A stretch of 64,000 nucleotides of DNA from Methylocystis sp. (GCA_051061375.1 JBPFDW010000020.1:139046-203045); one strand, 5' to 3'; shown: positions 48,922-59,232, counted from the stretch's first letter. Made by a program: numbers and translations. Notes: generated by a model from the letters alone, not told the origin.

Positions 48922-49338
48922 ATGAACAGAACTTTGCTCGTTGCGCTTTCCTTGGGCGCGGCCATGGCGCTCGCGCAGCCCGTCTTCGCCGAGCCGGCTG
49001 CGCCGGACAGCAAGATCGTCGTGCCGATGGAAGCGTTGCCGCGCTATGGCTCGCTCGTTTCCGCCTGGTACAAGAAGCCTGTCTACGACACCAATGAGAA
49101 AAAGGTCGGGGTAATCACCGACATGCTGTTTTCGGGGGGCGAGATCAACGCCGTCATGCTCGATGTCGGCGGCTTTCTCGGCATCGGCGCCAAGCATGTC
49201 GCCATTCCGGCGGAAGCCATCACCATCACCGACAAGAACAACAAAAGCTGGTTGACCATCAATACGACGAAGGACGTCGTGAAAAAGGCGACCGGCTACA
49301 AATATGACGCGAAGGAACACGCCTGGAAGAAGATGTAG
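48922..49338 (+). CDS. Exported PRC-barrel protein 1
   Basis: Signal peptide; VYD....K.G.I.D and VGGFLGIG.K.VA. Confidence 0.9.
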   Translation: MNRTLLVALSLGAAMALAQPVFAEPAAPDSKIVVPMEALPRYGSLVSAWYKKPVYDTNEKKVGVITDMLFSGGEINAVMLDVGGFLGIGAKHVAIPAEAITITDKNNKSWLTINTTKDVVKKATGYKYDAKEHAWKKM

Positions 49339-49409
49339 GGAGCGCCGGAGCGAAAGCTCCGCTCAGCCCGATCCGCGCCGCGTCGTGCATTTTCCCAAGG
49401 GGATTTTTC

Positions 49410-49829
49410 ATGCTGAAACAACTCGTCTTCGCAGCCTCGCTCGCCCTTGTCGCCTTCGCGCCAATGCCGGCCGGCGCACAACAGGCCCAAACCGAAACCA
49501 TGGTCATCGTGCCGCTCGAGCGGCTGCCGGTCTATGGTTCGGTGGTTTCCGCTTGGTACAAGCAGCCGGTCTATGACCCCAATGAAAAGAAGCTCGGCAC
49601 GATCGCCGACATGCTGTTTTCCGCCGATGGCTCGATAAACGCCGTGATGCTGAACGTCGGCGGCTTTCTGGGCATCGGCGTGAAGCACATCGCCATTCCG
49701 GTTTCCGCGATCACCATCACCCAGAAGAACAACAAGTCCTGGCTGACGATGAACACGACCAAAGAACTGCTCAAGAAGGCCGTCGCTTACAAGTTCGACA
49801 AGGCCACGGGACTTTGGGATCCGATCTGA
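49410..49829 (+). CDS. Exported PRC-barrel protein 2
   Basis: Close paralog of protein 1 (YGS.VSAWYK.PVYD, KNNKSWLT). Confidence 0.9.
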   Translation: MLKQLVFAASLALVAFAPMPAGAQQAQTETMVIVPLERLPVYGSVVSAWYKQPVYDPNEKKLGTIADMLFSADGSINAVMLNVGGFLGIGVKHIAIPVSAITITQKNNKSWLTMNTTKELLKKAVAYKFDKATGLWDPI

Positions 49830-49880
49830 TCGCATTGCGTCGCATGGACTCCATGCGACCCTATATCTGCCGCGAAGCTT

Positions 49881-49905
49881 GGAACATCGATCTCCGGCGC
49901 TTGTT
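49881..49905 (+). promoter_or_regulatory. Candidate ECF (EcfG-type) promoter GGAAC-N16-TGTT
   Basis: Upstream of PRC-barrel gene 3, just after a hairpin that follows gene 2. Confidence 0.4.
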
Positions 49906-49963
49906 CTAGGCGCATGCGAACATCCGTTCGTTGTGACGCCAACAAACATGCACGGAGTTAGCC

Positions 49964-50386
49964 ATGCTCAAGTCCTATGCCCTGGCCGGCGCGCTCGTCG
50001 CGACGCTGTCGGTCGCGGCTTTGGCCGAACAGTCGATGAATCGGGCGACCGGCGGGCCGGAATTCCTGACGGCGCTTCCGCAGAACGCCTTGCTGGTGTC
50101 GAACATTCACGAGCAGAATGTTTACGATCCGCGCGACAATAAGCTCGGCGAAGTGAAGGATCTGATGCTGGATCGCAGCGGCAAGATCACCGCGGCGATC
50201 ATTTCGGTCGGCGGTTTCCTTGGCATCGGCGAAAAAGACGTCGCGGTCGCCTTCAGCGACATCAGCGCAACCGAGCGCAACAACAAATGGTGGCTCACCA
50301 TGAACGCCACCAAGGACGAGCTGAAGAAGGCCACGGGCTTCCGCTTCGACAAGAACAAGGGATTGTGGACGCTCGGCGCGAAGTAA
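49964..50386 (+). CDS. Exported PRC-barrel protein 3
   Basis: Signal peptide; VYD....KLGEVKD, VGGFLGIGEKDVAV and NATKDELK.A. Confidence 0.9.
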   Translation: MLKSYALAGALVATLSVAALAEQSMNRATGGPEFLTALPQNALLVSNIHEQNVYDPRDNKLGEVKDLMLDRSGKITAAIISVGGFLGIGEKDVAVAFSDISATERNNKWWLTMNATKDELKKATGFRFDKNKGLWTLGAK

Positions 50387-50409
50387 GCCGCTGACGTCTT
50401 TTCTGGCGC

Positions 50410-50442
50410 AAAGCCTCGCCGCTGAGCGGCGAGGCTTTTTTT
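50410..50442 (+). terminator. Rho-independent terminator, possibly bidirectional
   Basis: AAAGCCTCGCCGC-TGA-GCGGCGAGGCTTT plus T run, between convergent genes. Confidence 0.85.
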
Positions 50443-50447
50443 GCAGC

Positions 50448-51953
50448 TTAGAAATGTTCGGGCAGCTTATCTTCGTCGGCTAGGTTGGAAAACCGTGTCA
50501 CTTCGGCCTCGAACTGGAGTTGAACGGTTCCTGTCGGGCCATGGCGCTGCTTGCCAATGATCACGTCTGCCCTTCCACCGGCCTTTTGAATCGCTTCCGC
50601 CCACTTACCGTAATCCTCGTGATCCGGTTTCGGTTCGCGGTTGCGGAGGTAATATTCCTCTCGATACACAAAGAGTACGACGTCGGCGTCCTGCTCGATC
50701 GAGCCTGACTCGCGCAAATCGGACAGTTGCGGACGCTTGTCGTCGCGGCTCTCGACCTGGCGGGAGAGTTGCGACAGCGCGATGATCGGCACGTTCAATT
50801 CCTTGGCGAGCGCCTTGAGGCCGGTGGTGATTTCAGTCAGTTCCTGCACGCGATTGTCATTGCGTGAGCGCGAGCCGGAAAGCAGTTGAATATAGTCGAC
50901 GACCAGAAGATCGAGTCCTTTCTGTCGCTTAAGGCGCCGCGCCCGCGCCGTGAGCTGCGCGATCGAAATGCCGCCGCTCTGGTCGATATAGAAGGGAACG
51001 CTCTGCATCTGCCGGGCGGCGTCGGTGATACGGCGAAAATCGTCTTCATTGATGTCGCCGCGCCGGATTTTGTAGCTCGCGACGCCGGACTGTTCGGCGA
51101 TGACTCGGGTCGCCAATTGCTCCGCCGACATTTCCAAGGAGAAGAAGCCGACGATCCCGCCATTGATCGTCTTGTGTGTTCCGTCGGGTTCGGTAACGCT
51201 CTCGTACACTTTGGCAACATTAAAGGCGATGTTGGTGGCGAGCGCCGTCTTGCCCATGCCGGGACGCCCGGCGACGATGATGAGGTCCGATTTCTGTAAG
51301 CCGCCTAATTTCTTGTCCAATTCGATAAGCCCGGTCGCGCTGCCTGACAGATGGCCGTCGCGCATATAGGCGCTGTTCGCCATGTCGAGCGCGGTGGTGA
51401 GCGCGTCGGCGAAGCGCTGAAAGCCGCCGTCGTAGCGGCCGGTTTCAGCAACGGAATAAAGCAGCCGCTCGGCCTCCTCGATCTGGGCGCGCGGTGGCGA
51501 ATCGATCGGCGAATCATAGGCCGTGTTGACGATATCCTGGCCGATGACGATGAGCTCGCGCCGCAGCGCGAGATCATGCACCATGCGGCCATAATCCTCG
51601 GCGTTGATGATTGTTGTCGCCTCGGCGGCTAAGCGTGCGAGATAAGCCTGAACCGTCGTGCCAGGTTGTAACTCGATGTCTTCAAGAAAAGTCTTTAGTG
51701 TCACAACGGTGGCGAGCTTGCCTCTCCGAATCAATTGGCCCGCTATATCATAGATGCGGCGGTGCAGTTCTTCCGAGAAATGCTCGGGCTTTAAAAAGTC
51801 CGACACTCTGTCGAAAGCGTCATTGTTGACCAGAATGGCGCCGAGCAGCGCCTGTTCGGCTTCGATATTGTGCGGCGGCGCGCGATAGGCGGGTGCTTCA
51901 GGCTGCGCGATCTGAATCGCGCGCCGGCCCGCCAATTGTTCGATTGGTGGCAT
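50448..51953 (-). CDS. dnaB: Replicative DNA helicase
   Basis: PHNIEAEQALLG, AGRPGMGKT, FSLEMS.EQL, DYIQL and SDLRESGSIEQDAD. Confidence 0.98.
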   Translation of the reverse strand: MPPIEQLAGRRAIQIAQPEAPAYRAPPHNIEAEQALLGAILVNNDAFDRVSDFLKPEHFSEELHRRIYDIAGQLIRRGKLATVVTLKTFLEDIELQPGTTVQAYLARLAAEATTIINAEDYGRMVHDLALRRELIVIGQDIVNTAYDSPIDSPPRAQIEEAERLLYSVAETGRYDGGFQRFADALTTALDMANSAYMRDGHLSGSATGLIELDKKLGGLQKSDLIIVAGRPGMGKTALATNIAFNVAKVYESVTEPDGTHKTINGGIVGFFSLEMSAEQLATRVIAEQSGVASYKIRRGDINEDDFRRITDAARQMQSVPFYIDQSGGISIAQLTARARRLKRQKGLDLLVVDYIQLLSGSRSRNDNRVQELTEITTGLKALAKELNVPIIALSQLSRQVESRDDKRPQLSDLRESGSIEQDADVVLFVYREEYYLRNREPKPDHEDYGKWAEAIQKAGGRADVIIGKQRHGPTGTVQLQFEAEVTRFSNLADEDKLPEHF

Positions 51954-52019
51954 CGATCTTTGTGACTTTGCGAGACAGCCCTTGGCCGCGAACGCGACGC
52001 GCGACTCGTCGGGGGGAAA

Positions 52020-52035
52020 TTAACAATACATTAAC
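52020..52035. promoter_or_regulatory. CtrA-binding box
   Basis: TTAA-CAATACA-TTAAC is an exact TTAA-N7-TTAAC, about 67 bp upstream of the dnaB start. Confidence 0.7.
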
Positions 52036-52228
52036 GTGCTGGCGTCGCCACATCCTTTTGCGCGCGTCTCTCCAAAGCGCGGCGTTACGAGTCATATCCA
52101 CACGAGAAAAATAATCTTCGACTGTGCGAAGCATCGCGCTTGCGCTGACGCGAGAATCGGGAGTGAGTCCGGCTGAAAAAAACGGCGGCCGAAAGGGCCG
52201 CCGATTGAAAGTTGCAATTTGCGAAAGC

Positions 52229-52792
52229 TTACATCTCGACGTCGCCGGCTTCGGCCAGCGCCGCGCCGACTTCGAGGCCGAGATCGTCCATCGACGTCTC
52301 TTCCTTGAGCGTGACGCTCTCGCCGCGCGCCTGACGTTCGGCTTCTTCGTCCGAACGGGCGACGTTGATGGTGATGCTGACGTCGACTTCCGGATGCAGA
52401 TGCACGGGCGTCGGATGAAGGCCCAGCGTCTTGATCGGATGCACCAGCACGATCTGGTTGCGATTGACCGAGAAGCCGCCGGCGGTGGCGGCTTCGGCGA
52501 TGTCGCGCGCCGACACCGAGCCGTAGAGCTGGCCGCTCTCGCCCGCCTGGCGAATGATGGTGAAGCTCTGGCCGTTCAGCTTCTCGGCGACCGCTTCGGC
52601 TTCCTTCTTCGCTTCGAGGTTGCGCGCCTCGATTTGCGCCCGCTGCGTCTCAAAGTGCTTCTTGTTGTTTTCCGTCGCCCGCAGCGCCTTGCCGCGCGCC
52701 AGCAGGAAATTGCGGGCATAGCCGTCGCGCACCTTCACGGTGTCGCCCATCTGGCCGAGCTTGGCCACGCGTTCAAGCAAAATGACGTCCAT
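52229..52792 (-). CDS. rplI: 50S ribosomal protein L9
   Basis: [24 protein letters not shown] and LYGSV. Confidence 0.98.
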   Translation of the reverse strand: MDVILLERVAKLGQMGDTVKVRDGYARNFLLARGKALRATENNKKHFETQRAQIEARNLEAKKEAEAVAEKLNGQSFTIIRQAGESGQLYGSVSARDIAEAATAGGFSVNRNQIVLVHPIKTLGLHPTPVHLHPEVDVSITINVARSDEEAERQARGESVTLKEETSMDDLGLEVGAALAEAGDVEM

Positions 52793-52844
52793 CTGTCCTA
52801 TTTCTCCAGGATTGCGGGCTATGTCGAGAAAAACCGGGCGAAAG

Positions 52845-53831
52845 TCAATCCGGTTTCTGCATCGCGGCCGATCCCGCGTCCGGCTTTCGGGCCCGATAGT
52901 CGAAGATGAGATCGGCCAATCCGAGCGCGGCGAAAATCAGGATCGGCCAGCCCAGGAATCCGAGCGTGAAATAGATGATCGCAAGGACAAGGGCGCTTGA
53001 GCGCGAGCCGCGCAGGAAAATATGCGCGACGGCGAGTCCCTGGAACGCGAGCAGCAGTCCGGTGGTCGTCGCCAGCACCATTCCGATCGGTCCGGCGGTC
53101 CCGTCGAAGAAGGTGAGCGCGATTCCGGCCAGGAAGAGGCCGCCGATCGCCTTAGGAACGCGGAATTCCTTGGCGATGTCCGGCCAGGGGCGGCCGAGCA
53201 GCCCGGAGGATTGGGCGATCCGTGCGGCGACCCACAAATTGACGACATGGATCAGGAGCCCGTAGCCGGCGAGAAAGGCAGGAACGGCGCGCGCCACCGA
53301 GGCGGAAAGCGTCGTCGGGTCGATCTTGTCGCCAAGGTTGCGCTCTTTGACCATGAGGTCGAGCAGGATGAAGGCGCGCGCCCGGATCGGGTTAAGCGCC
53401 TCGTCGAGCGAGCCGAAGATGATGGTGGCGACGATCAGCCAGAAAATGATCGCCGTCGCCAGAAAGACTGCTGGCGCGAGCGCGGCCCAGCCCGGCAGAT
53501 TGGCGGTCAGCAAGTCCCGCCCGCCGCGCGGCGCGCCTGACGCCGCATAGACGGCGGACCACGCCGGCGCCGCGATCAGCAGCGCATAGGCCATTCCAAT
53601 CACAGGATTGAGCCACAGGGACAGGATCATCGACGCGAGGATCGCCGACGTCGCGCCATGGATGAGACCGAAAGCGAAGCCGACGATCATGATCGTCAGG
53701 GGCGCAAGATGCGCCAGGAGAATTCCGCCGAGGCCGCCCCGCACGACGACCGCGAAGATCACGGCCGCCGCGACGCCGCCGAGAACCGACACGGCGAAAT
53801 TCGGCCAGGAAAGGACGCTCTTGTCGGACAC
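52845..53831 (-). CDS. DUF2232 (YybS-like) membrane protein
   Basis: Multi-TM protein with NLW.A.RI...SG.L.RPWPD; position upstream of rplI. Confidence 0.8.
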   Translation of the reverse strand: MSDKSVLSWPNFAVSVLGGVAAAVIFAVVVRGGLGGILLAHLAPLTIMIVGFAFGLIHGATSAILASMILSLWLNPVIGMAYALLIAAPAWSAVYAASGAPRGGRDLLTANLPGWAALAPAVFLATAIIFWLIVATIIFGSLDEALNPIRARAFILLDLMVKERNLGDKIDPTTLSASVARAVPAFLAGYGLLIHVVNLWVAARIAQSSGLLGRPWPDIAKEFRVPKAIGGLFLAGIALTFFDGTAGPIGMVLATTTGLLLAFQGLAVAHIFLRGSRSSALVLAIIYFTLGFLGWPILIFAALGLADLIFDYRARKPDAGSAAMQKPD

Positions 53832-54014
53832 GGGCGATCGGGCTTTCGGAGTTACATGGCTGGGCGCGGAAAGGGCAGGCGAGCCGGAAGCCCGGACGGC
53901 TGGGCCGTCGGGGCGCGCTTGCTTTTAGGCCGCCGGGGCCGGGAGAGCAAGCTTTGAAGCCGCTGCGTTCTCCGCCAGGGGCCGACATGATATCATCGCG
54001 CAAAGGAGCCGACC

Positions 54015-54581
54015 ATGCCGTCCGCCTTGACTAAAGCCGCCGAAGGCTACCCCCGCCGCGCCTTTACGGTCGATGAGATCATCGCCATGCAGGACGCCGG
54101 GATCATTTCCGAGGAAGTAAATTTCGAATTGATCGAGGGAGAAATTGTCCCGACGGGGCCGAAATATTCCGCTCATGAGCGCATCAAGTCGAAAATCGCG
54201 ATGGCGCTCGTTCGCGCATGTCCGTCCGATCTGATCCTTGGGTTTGAGACCTCGATCTTCCTTTCGTCGAACACCTTCGTCGAACCCGACATTTCGCTCT
54301 ATCCCGAGCGTCTTCGCTCACAAGAAGTGCGCGGGCCCGACGTGCTGCTCGCGATCGAGGCGGCGGCGTCGAGCCTCGCCTATGATCTCGATCTCAAGGC
54401 GAAGCTTTATGCGCGCCATGGCATAGAAGAATATTGGGTGGTCGACGCCAATGAACGCGTGACCTTCGTCCATCAGGGCCCCAGCGAAGCCGGCTGGACC
54501 AGCGTGACGCGAAAAGGGCCGGAAGAAACCTTGCGCTGCGCGGCGGTTCCCGAATTCAAATTCCGCCTCGTAGACGCCTGA
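54015..54581 (+). CDS. Uma2 (DUF820) family PD-(D/E)xK nuclease
   Basis: ELIEGEI, H, EPDI, LL.IE.A.SSL.YD...K..LYA..GI.EYWVVD. Confidence 0.9.
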   Translation: MPSALTKAAEGYPRRAFTVDEIIAMQDAGIISEEVNFELIEGEIVPTGPKYSAHERIKSKIAMALVRACPSDLILGFETSIFLSSNTFVEPDISLYPERLRSQEVRGPDVLLAIEAAASSLAYDLDLKAKLYARHGIEEYWVVDANERVTFVHQGPSEAGWTSVTRKGPEETLRCAAVPEFKFRLVDA

Positions 54582-54614
54582 CTGACGCAGCGTGGTTTTC
54601 GCTTCCGCCTCGGA

Positions 54615-57185
54615 TCACAACTCCCGCAGTTCCGGCCCCGGTCTTCGCGACAGCACCCGCCAAGTCCCAGCGAGGCCAAGGCCGATCGTGAAAACCAGCG
54701 TCGCCAGCGTCGTCGCCGCGACGGTTCCGGGCGGGAAGGCGAAATCGATCTTCATCACGATCGTGGTCATCGCGTAGGCGGCGCCGGCGCCGGCGGCGAG
54801 CGCGATCAGCGAGGCGGCGAGACCGACGAGCCCGAATTCCAGCGCATAGGCGCTCGCGAGCCAGGGGCGGGTCGCGCCGAGCGTTTTCAGAACGACTGCG
54901 TCATGCAGCCGCGCGCGCTGGCCGCTCGCCAGCGCGCTCGCCAGCGCCAGCGCCGCCGTGACGATGGCGAGCCCCGCGGCGGCGCGCGCGGCCAGGGCCA
55001 ACTGCCCCGCGATCTTGTCGATCGCCGCCAGCGCCTCCTTGACCCGCACCGAGACGACGTTCGGGAAGCGCTTCGCCGCCTCTCGAATGAGGCGTGAATC
55101 CCTGGCGTCGCGCGCCGCGACGGTCGGCGCGCCGTAAGCGACGGTGAAAAGCTCGGTAAAGGGCGCGCCGACGAAGGCGTTCGGCGAAAACACCATGACG
55201 AAATTGATGGCGTAGCTGCGCCAGTCGACTTTGCGCAGACTGGCGATCTTCGCCGTGATCTCGCGGCCAAGCACATTGACCCGGATCGTGTCGCCGATCG
55301 TCAATCCCAGACCCTCGGCGATCTTCTGCTCCAGCGAGACGAGCGGCGGCCCGGCGTAATCGGCCGGCCACCATGCGCCTTCCGCCAGCGTGGAGTTCGC
55401 GGGAACGGCGGCGGAGAAGGTCACCCCGCGGTCGCCTTCGAGCGCCCATTTGGCGTCGTCGGCGACGGCGATCCTGTCGACGGACTTATCTTTCACGGCG
55501 ACGATGCGCCCGCGCATCATCGGCACATGTTCGACGCGCGCGCCGGGCGCTTCGGCGTTAATGAAATCGGCGAAAGCCTGCGTCTGCGCCTTCGGAACGT
55601 CGACAAAGAAGAAATTGGGAATTTCCCCGGCGTCGGCGCGCGCCAGCTCATTGTGAATGGCGCCTTCGACGAGCGCCAGCGCGACGAGCAGGGTCTGCGT
55701 CAGGCCGATGGAAATCATCAGCGCCGGCGTCAGGCTTTTCGGACGCCAGATATTGGCGAGCGCGAACCGCAGCCGCGCGTCTCGCATGCGGGGCAGCGCG
55801 CGCGCCAGCCGCATCGCGGCCCATGCGGCGCCGCGCAGCAAGACGAAGGCCGCGACGGCGGCGCCGACATAGGCCGCGCCGAGCTTCATGTCGAAAGACG
55901 TCGCCATGACCAGTGCGGCAAGCGCGATCGCCGCCGCCCCGGCGCCGACGCGATAGCGCGTCAGCGACGCGCCTCTGGAATCGTCGCGCAGCAGCCCCGC
56001 GACGGGCGTCGCATGGGCGCGCCCGAGCGGCGCGAGCGCGAAGATGAGAACGACGAGAAATCCGTAGAGCGCGCCATAGAGCGCCCCCTGCGCGTCGAGC
56101 GAGGCGGACACGGGCAGGTCGGCAAGGTCGCGCAGCGCCTGCGCCCCCGCTAAGGGAATGAGCGCGCCGACCGCGAGTCCGATTGCAATCGCGAAGGACG
56201 CCGCCACGAGAATCTCAGCAAGGGCGATCCTGAAGACGCGCGAGCCCTCCGCGCCAAGCGCCTTGAGAATCGCGAATTGCGCCCGCTTGCGTTCGACGAA
56301 GCCCTGCACGGCGTTGGCGACGCCGGCGCCGCCGGCGACAAGGGCGGTGAGCGCGACGAGCGTCAGCAATTGCGCAAACCGGTCGAGATTGCGCGAAAAT
56401 TGCGGAGAGATGGCGTCGCGCCTGCGGGTTTCCCATCCCGCCAGCGGAAAGGCGCGTTCGGCGTCGTCGGCGAGGGCCTTCGCATCCGCGTCGCTTGCGG
56501 TGCCTTTGAGCGAGACTCGAACGACATGTCTGACGATCGCGCCCGGCGAAGCCAGTTGCGCGCCCGCGAGCGCGGCGCGGCTCATCATCACCCGCGGACC
56601 GAAGCCGATCCCGCCGGCGAGCTTGTCGGGTTCGCTGCGCAGCATCGCCCGCAGCATGAAGCGCGACACGCCGATCGTCACCGTGTCGCCAAGCCTCGCG
56701 TCGAGGCGGGCGAGCAGCGTTGGATCGATGGCGACGCCGGGGAGGCCGTTCCGTTCCGCCAGCGCCTCGGCCAAGGGCATTTCCGGTTCGAGCGCGACCG
56801 CGCCGAAGGCGGGGTAGGTCTGCGGATCGACCGCCTTGATTTCCACCAGCGCCGCTTCGCCGTCGTCGCGCCGGGCCATCGCCCGCATCAGCGATATCTC
56901 CGACAGCCTGCCGCGGGCCTCGAAGAACGCGCGCTGCTCGGGCGAAAACTCCCGCGAAACCAAGCTGAAGGAGGCGTCGCCGCCCAAAATCGTCCGGCCC
57001 TCGCGGGCGAGCCCCTCGGCGAGCGAGCGGGAGAGGCCGGAGACGCCGGAAATCGCCGCGACGCCGATCGCGATACAGGCGATGAAGACGCCGAAGCCGC
57101 GCGGGTCGCCAATGAGGTCGCGCAGGGCGAAGCGCAGCGCGAAGGGCAGGGCGAAGGGCTTGGCGACGAAGCGCAACGCCTTCAT
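54615..57185 (-). CDS. ABC transporter permease (YbbP/FtsX-like)
   Basis: F.ACIAIGVAAI, LGGD, AILKALGA, P.FFF.D and GDRG.T. Confidence 0.9.
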   Translation of the reverse strand: MKALRFVAKPFALPFALRFALRDLIGDPRGFGVFIACIAIGVAAISGVSGLSRSLAEGLAREGRTILGGDASFSLVSREFSPEQRAFFEARGRLSEISLMRAMARRDDGEAALVEIKAVDPQTYPAFGAVALEPEMPLAEALAERNGLPGVAIDPTLLARLDARLGDTVTIGVSRFMLRAMLRSEPDKLAGGIGFGPRVMMSRAALAGAQLASPGAIVRHVVRVSLKGTASDADAKALADDAERAFPLAGWETRRRDAISPQFSRNLDRFAQLLTLVALTALVAGGAGVANAVQGFVERKRAQFAILKALGAEGSRVFRIALAEILVAASFAIAIGLAVGALIPLAGAQALRDLADLPVSASLDAQGALYGALYGFLVVLIFALAPLGRAHATPVAGLLRDDSRGASLTRYRVGAGAAAIALAALVMATSFDMKLGAAYVGAAVAAFVLLRGAAWAAMRLARALPRMRDARLRFALANIWRPKSLTPALMISIGLTQTLLVALALVEGAIHNELARADAGEIPNFFFVDVPKAQTQAFADFINAEAPGARVEHVPMMRGRIVAVKDKSVDRIAVADDAKWALEGDRGVTFSAAVPANSTLAEGAWWPADYAGPPLVSLEQKIAEGLGLTIGDTIRVNVLGREITAKIASLRKVDWRSYAINFVMVFSPNAFVGAPFTELFTVAYGAPTVAARDARDSRLIREAAKRFPNVVSVRVKEALAAIDKIAGQLALAARAAAGLAIVTAALALASALASGQRARLHDAVVLKTLGATRPWLASAYALEFGLVGLAASLIALAAGAGAAYAMTTIVMKIDFAFPPGTVAATTLATLVFTIGLGLAGTWRVLSRRPGPELREL

Positions 57186-57871
57186 GACGCGGCCGGCTCG
57201 CTCGCCTCGACGCGTCCCGAGCGCAGCATCACCCGCCGGCTGCAGCGCGCCGCGAGCGCCGGGTCGTGGGTGACGAGGACCAACGTCGCTTCGCGGCGCC
57301 TTTGCTGCGCAAAAATCAGGTCGATCACCGCCGCCCCGGTCTCGGAATCGAGATTGCCGGTAGGCTCGTCCGCCGCGATTATGAGAGGGTCGGGGGCGAG
57401 CGCCCTGGCGAGCGCGACCCTCTGCTGCTCGCCGCCGGAGAGCTGCGCCGGATAGTGGGACAGGCGCTCGGCGAGCCCCACCGCCGCAAGCTCGGCCTCG
57501 GCGCGCGCAAAGGCGTCCGATTCGCCCGCGAGCTCCAGCGGAACGGCGACGTTCTCGAGCGCCGTCATTGTCGGAATCAACTGGAAAGACTGGAAAACGA
57601 TTCCTATGTTTTCGCCACGGAAGCGCGCCAGCGCGTCTTCCGAAAGCGCGCCGAGATCGCGCCCGTCGATCCTGACGCTGCCGGCGTCGGGCCGCTCCAG
57701 TCCGGCGAGGGTCATGAGCAACGTCGATTTGCCCGAGCCGGAGGGTCCCAAAAGAGCGACCGTTTCGCCTTGCGCCACGCTCAAGCTAACCTTCTTGAGC
57801 ACATGCACGCGGGCGGCGCCTTCGCCAAGCGTGAGATCGACGCCCTCAACCTCGATAATTTGTCGCCGCAC
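57182..57871 (-). CDS. ABC transporter ATP-binding protein (YbbA-like)
   Basis: GPSGSGKST, LSGGEQQRV and ADEPTGNLD. Confidence 0.95.
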   Translation of the reverse strand: MRRQIIEVEGVDLTLGEGAARVHVLKKVSLSVAQGETVALLGPSGSGKSTLLMTLAGLERPDAGSVRIDGRDLGALSEDALARFRGENIGIVFQSFQLIPTMTALENVAVPLELAGESDAFARAEAELAAVGLAERLSHYPAQLSGGEQQRVALARALAPDPLIIAADEPTGNLDSETGAAVIDLIFAQQRRREATLVLVTHDPALAARCSRRVMLRSGRVEASEPAAS

Positions 57872-57882
57872 GGAGTAAAGCC

Positions 57883-58590
57883 TTGATTGACGCGCCGCAT
57901 TCGACGCCCCTGGTTCAGTCGCCTTATGGCGGTTTCCGCCGCTCTCTCCAAGCAGCGTTCGCCGCGATCGCGCTGACGACTCTCGCGCTTGCGCCGGCGC
58001 GGGCTCAGCCGGTCCGAATTTTGGCGTTCGGCGACAGTCTGACGGCCGGCGCCGGCATCGCCGCCGCGGATTCGCTTCCCGCGCAGCTCAAGCGGCGCCT
58101 GAGCGCAGATGGGTTCGACGTCGAAGTCGTGCAAGGCGGCGTTTCCGGCGACACGACGACGACCGGCCTGGCGCGCCTCGACTATATGCTGGGCGCCGGC
58201 CCGTTCGACGTCGCCATCGTCGAACTCGGCGCCAACGACATGCTGAACGGGCACGATCCCAAGATAACGCGGGCCAATCTCGATCAAATTCTTACCGTAT
58301 TGCAGCAAAAAGGCGTTCGTCCGATACTGACGGCCATGGTGTCGAGCGCCAATCACGGTCAAGCTTACAAGCGGGAGTTCGATTCGGTTTATCCGGACCT
58401 TGCCGCCAAACATCAGGCGCCGCTCGTGCCCTTCATCCTGGAAGGCGTTTGGGGCGCTCCCGCGTTGCTCATCGGGGACGGCATTCATCCGAACGCCGAC
58501 GGCGTGGCGAAAATTGTGAAAAAGCTTGCGCCTTATGTCGAAAGAACGCTCGTTTCGATGGGGGCGACCAAGAGTTCGCGCGCGCAATGA
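57883..58590 (+). CDS. tesA: Arylesterase/acyl-CoA thioesterase I (SGNH)
   Basis: FGDSLTAG, GVSGDTT, ELGAND and DGIHPN. Confidence 0.9.
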   Translation: MIDAPHSTPLVQSPYGGFRRSLQAAFAAIALTTLALAPARAQPVRILAFGDSLTAGAGIAAADSLPAQLKRRLSADGFDVEVVQGGVSGDTTTTGLARLDYMLGAGPFDVAIVELGANDMLNGHDPKITRANLDQILTVLQQKGVRPILTAMVSSANHGQAYKREFDSVYPDLAAKHQAPLVPFILEGVWGAPALLIGDGIHPNADGVAKIVKKLAPYVERTLVSMGATKSSRAQ

Positions 58591-58620
58591 GGCGGCGCGA
58601 TCCTGTCCGGGGAGACTGTC

Positions 58621-59190
58621 ATGCCCAGACTGTTCACGGCCTTGGAGATTCCCCGACCGATCGCGGAAAGCATTGCGCGCCTGCGCGGCGGAATACCCGG
58701 CGCCCGCTGGATCGACGTTGAGAATTATCACGTCACCTTGCGCTTCATCGGCGATGTCGACGACGCTTTCGCGCGCGACGCGGCGAACGCCCTCTCGTTC
58801 ATCCGCCGTCCGGAAGTGACGGTGACCTTCGACCAGCTGACCTCCTTCGGCGGCGACAAGCCGCGCGCCATCGTCGCGCGCGCCAGGCAGGAACCGGCGC
58901 TCATCGAGATGCGGGCGGAGCAGGAGCGGCTGCTGCGTCGGCTCGGCGCGCCGCCCGAGCCGCGCAAATTCGTCCCGCATGTCACGCTGGCGCGCCTGCG
59001 CGGCGCCAGCGCCGGCGCCGTCGCCGCCTATCTCGGGACGCGCGGCTATTTCCCGCCGCTGCGCTTCACCGCCGAGCGCTTCGTGCTCTATTCGTCGCGC
59101 GATTCCGTCGGCGGCGGCCCCTATATCGTCGAGGCGGAATATCCGCTGCTTTCGGCGCCGCAGGCGTTGACGGGGACGGCCGTGGGTTAA
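58621..59190 (+). CDS. thpR: RNA 2',3'-cyclic phosphodiesterase
   Basis: MPRLFTA and two HVTL motifs. Confidence 0.93.
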   Translation: MPRLFTALEIPRPIAESIARLRGGIPGARWIDVENYHVTLRFIGDVDDAFARDAANALSFIRRPEVTVTFDQLTSFGGDKPRAIVARARQEPALIEMRAEQERLLRRLGAPPEPRKFVPHVTLARLRGASAGAVAAYLGTRGYFPPLRFTAERFVLYSSRDSVGGGPYIVEAEYPLLSAPQALTGTAVG

Positions 59191-59232
59191 AGCGCGGGGG
59201 CGCGGCCCAGGCGCTCTTTGCGTGGCGGCGGG

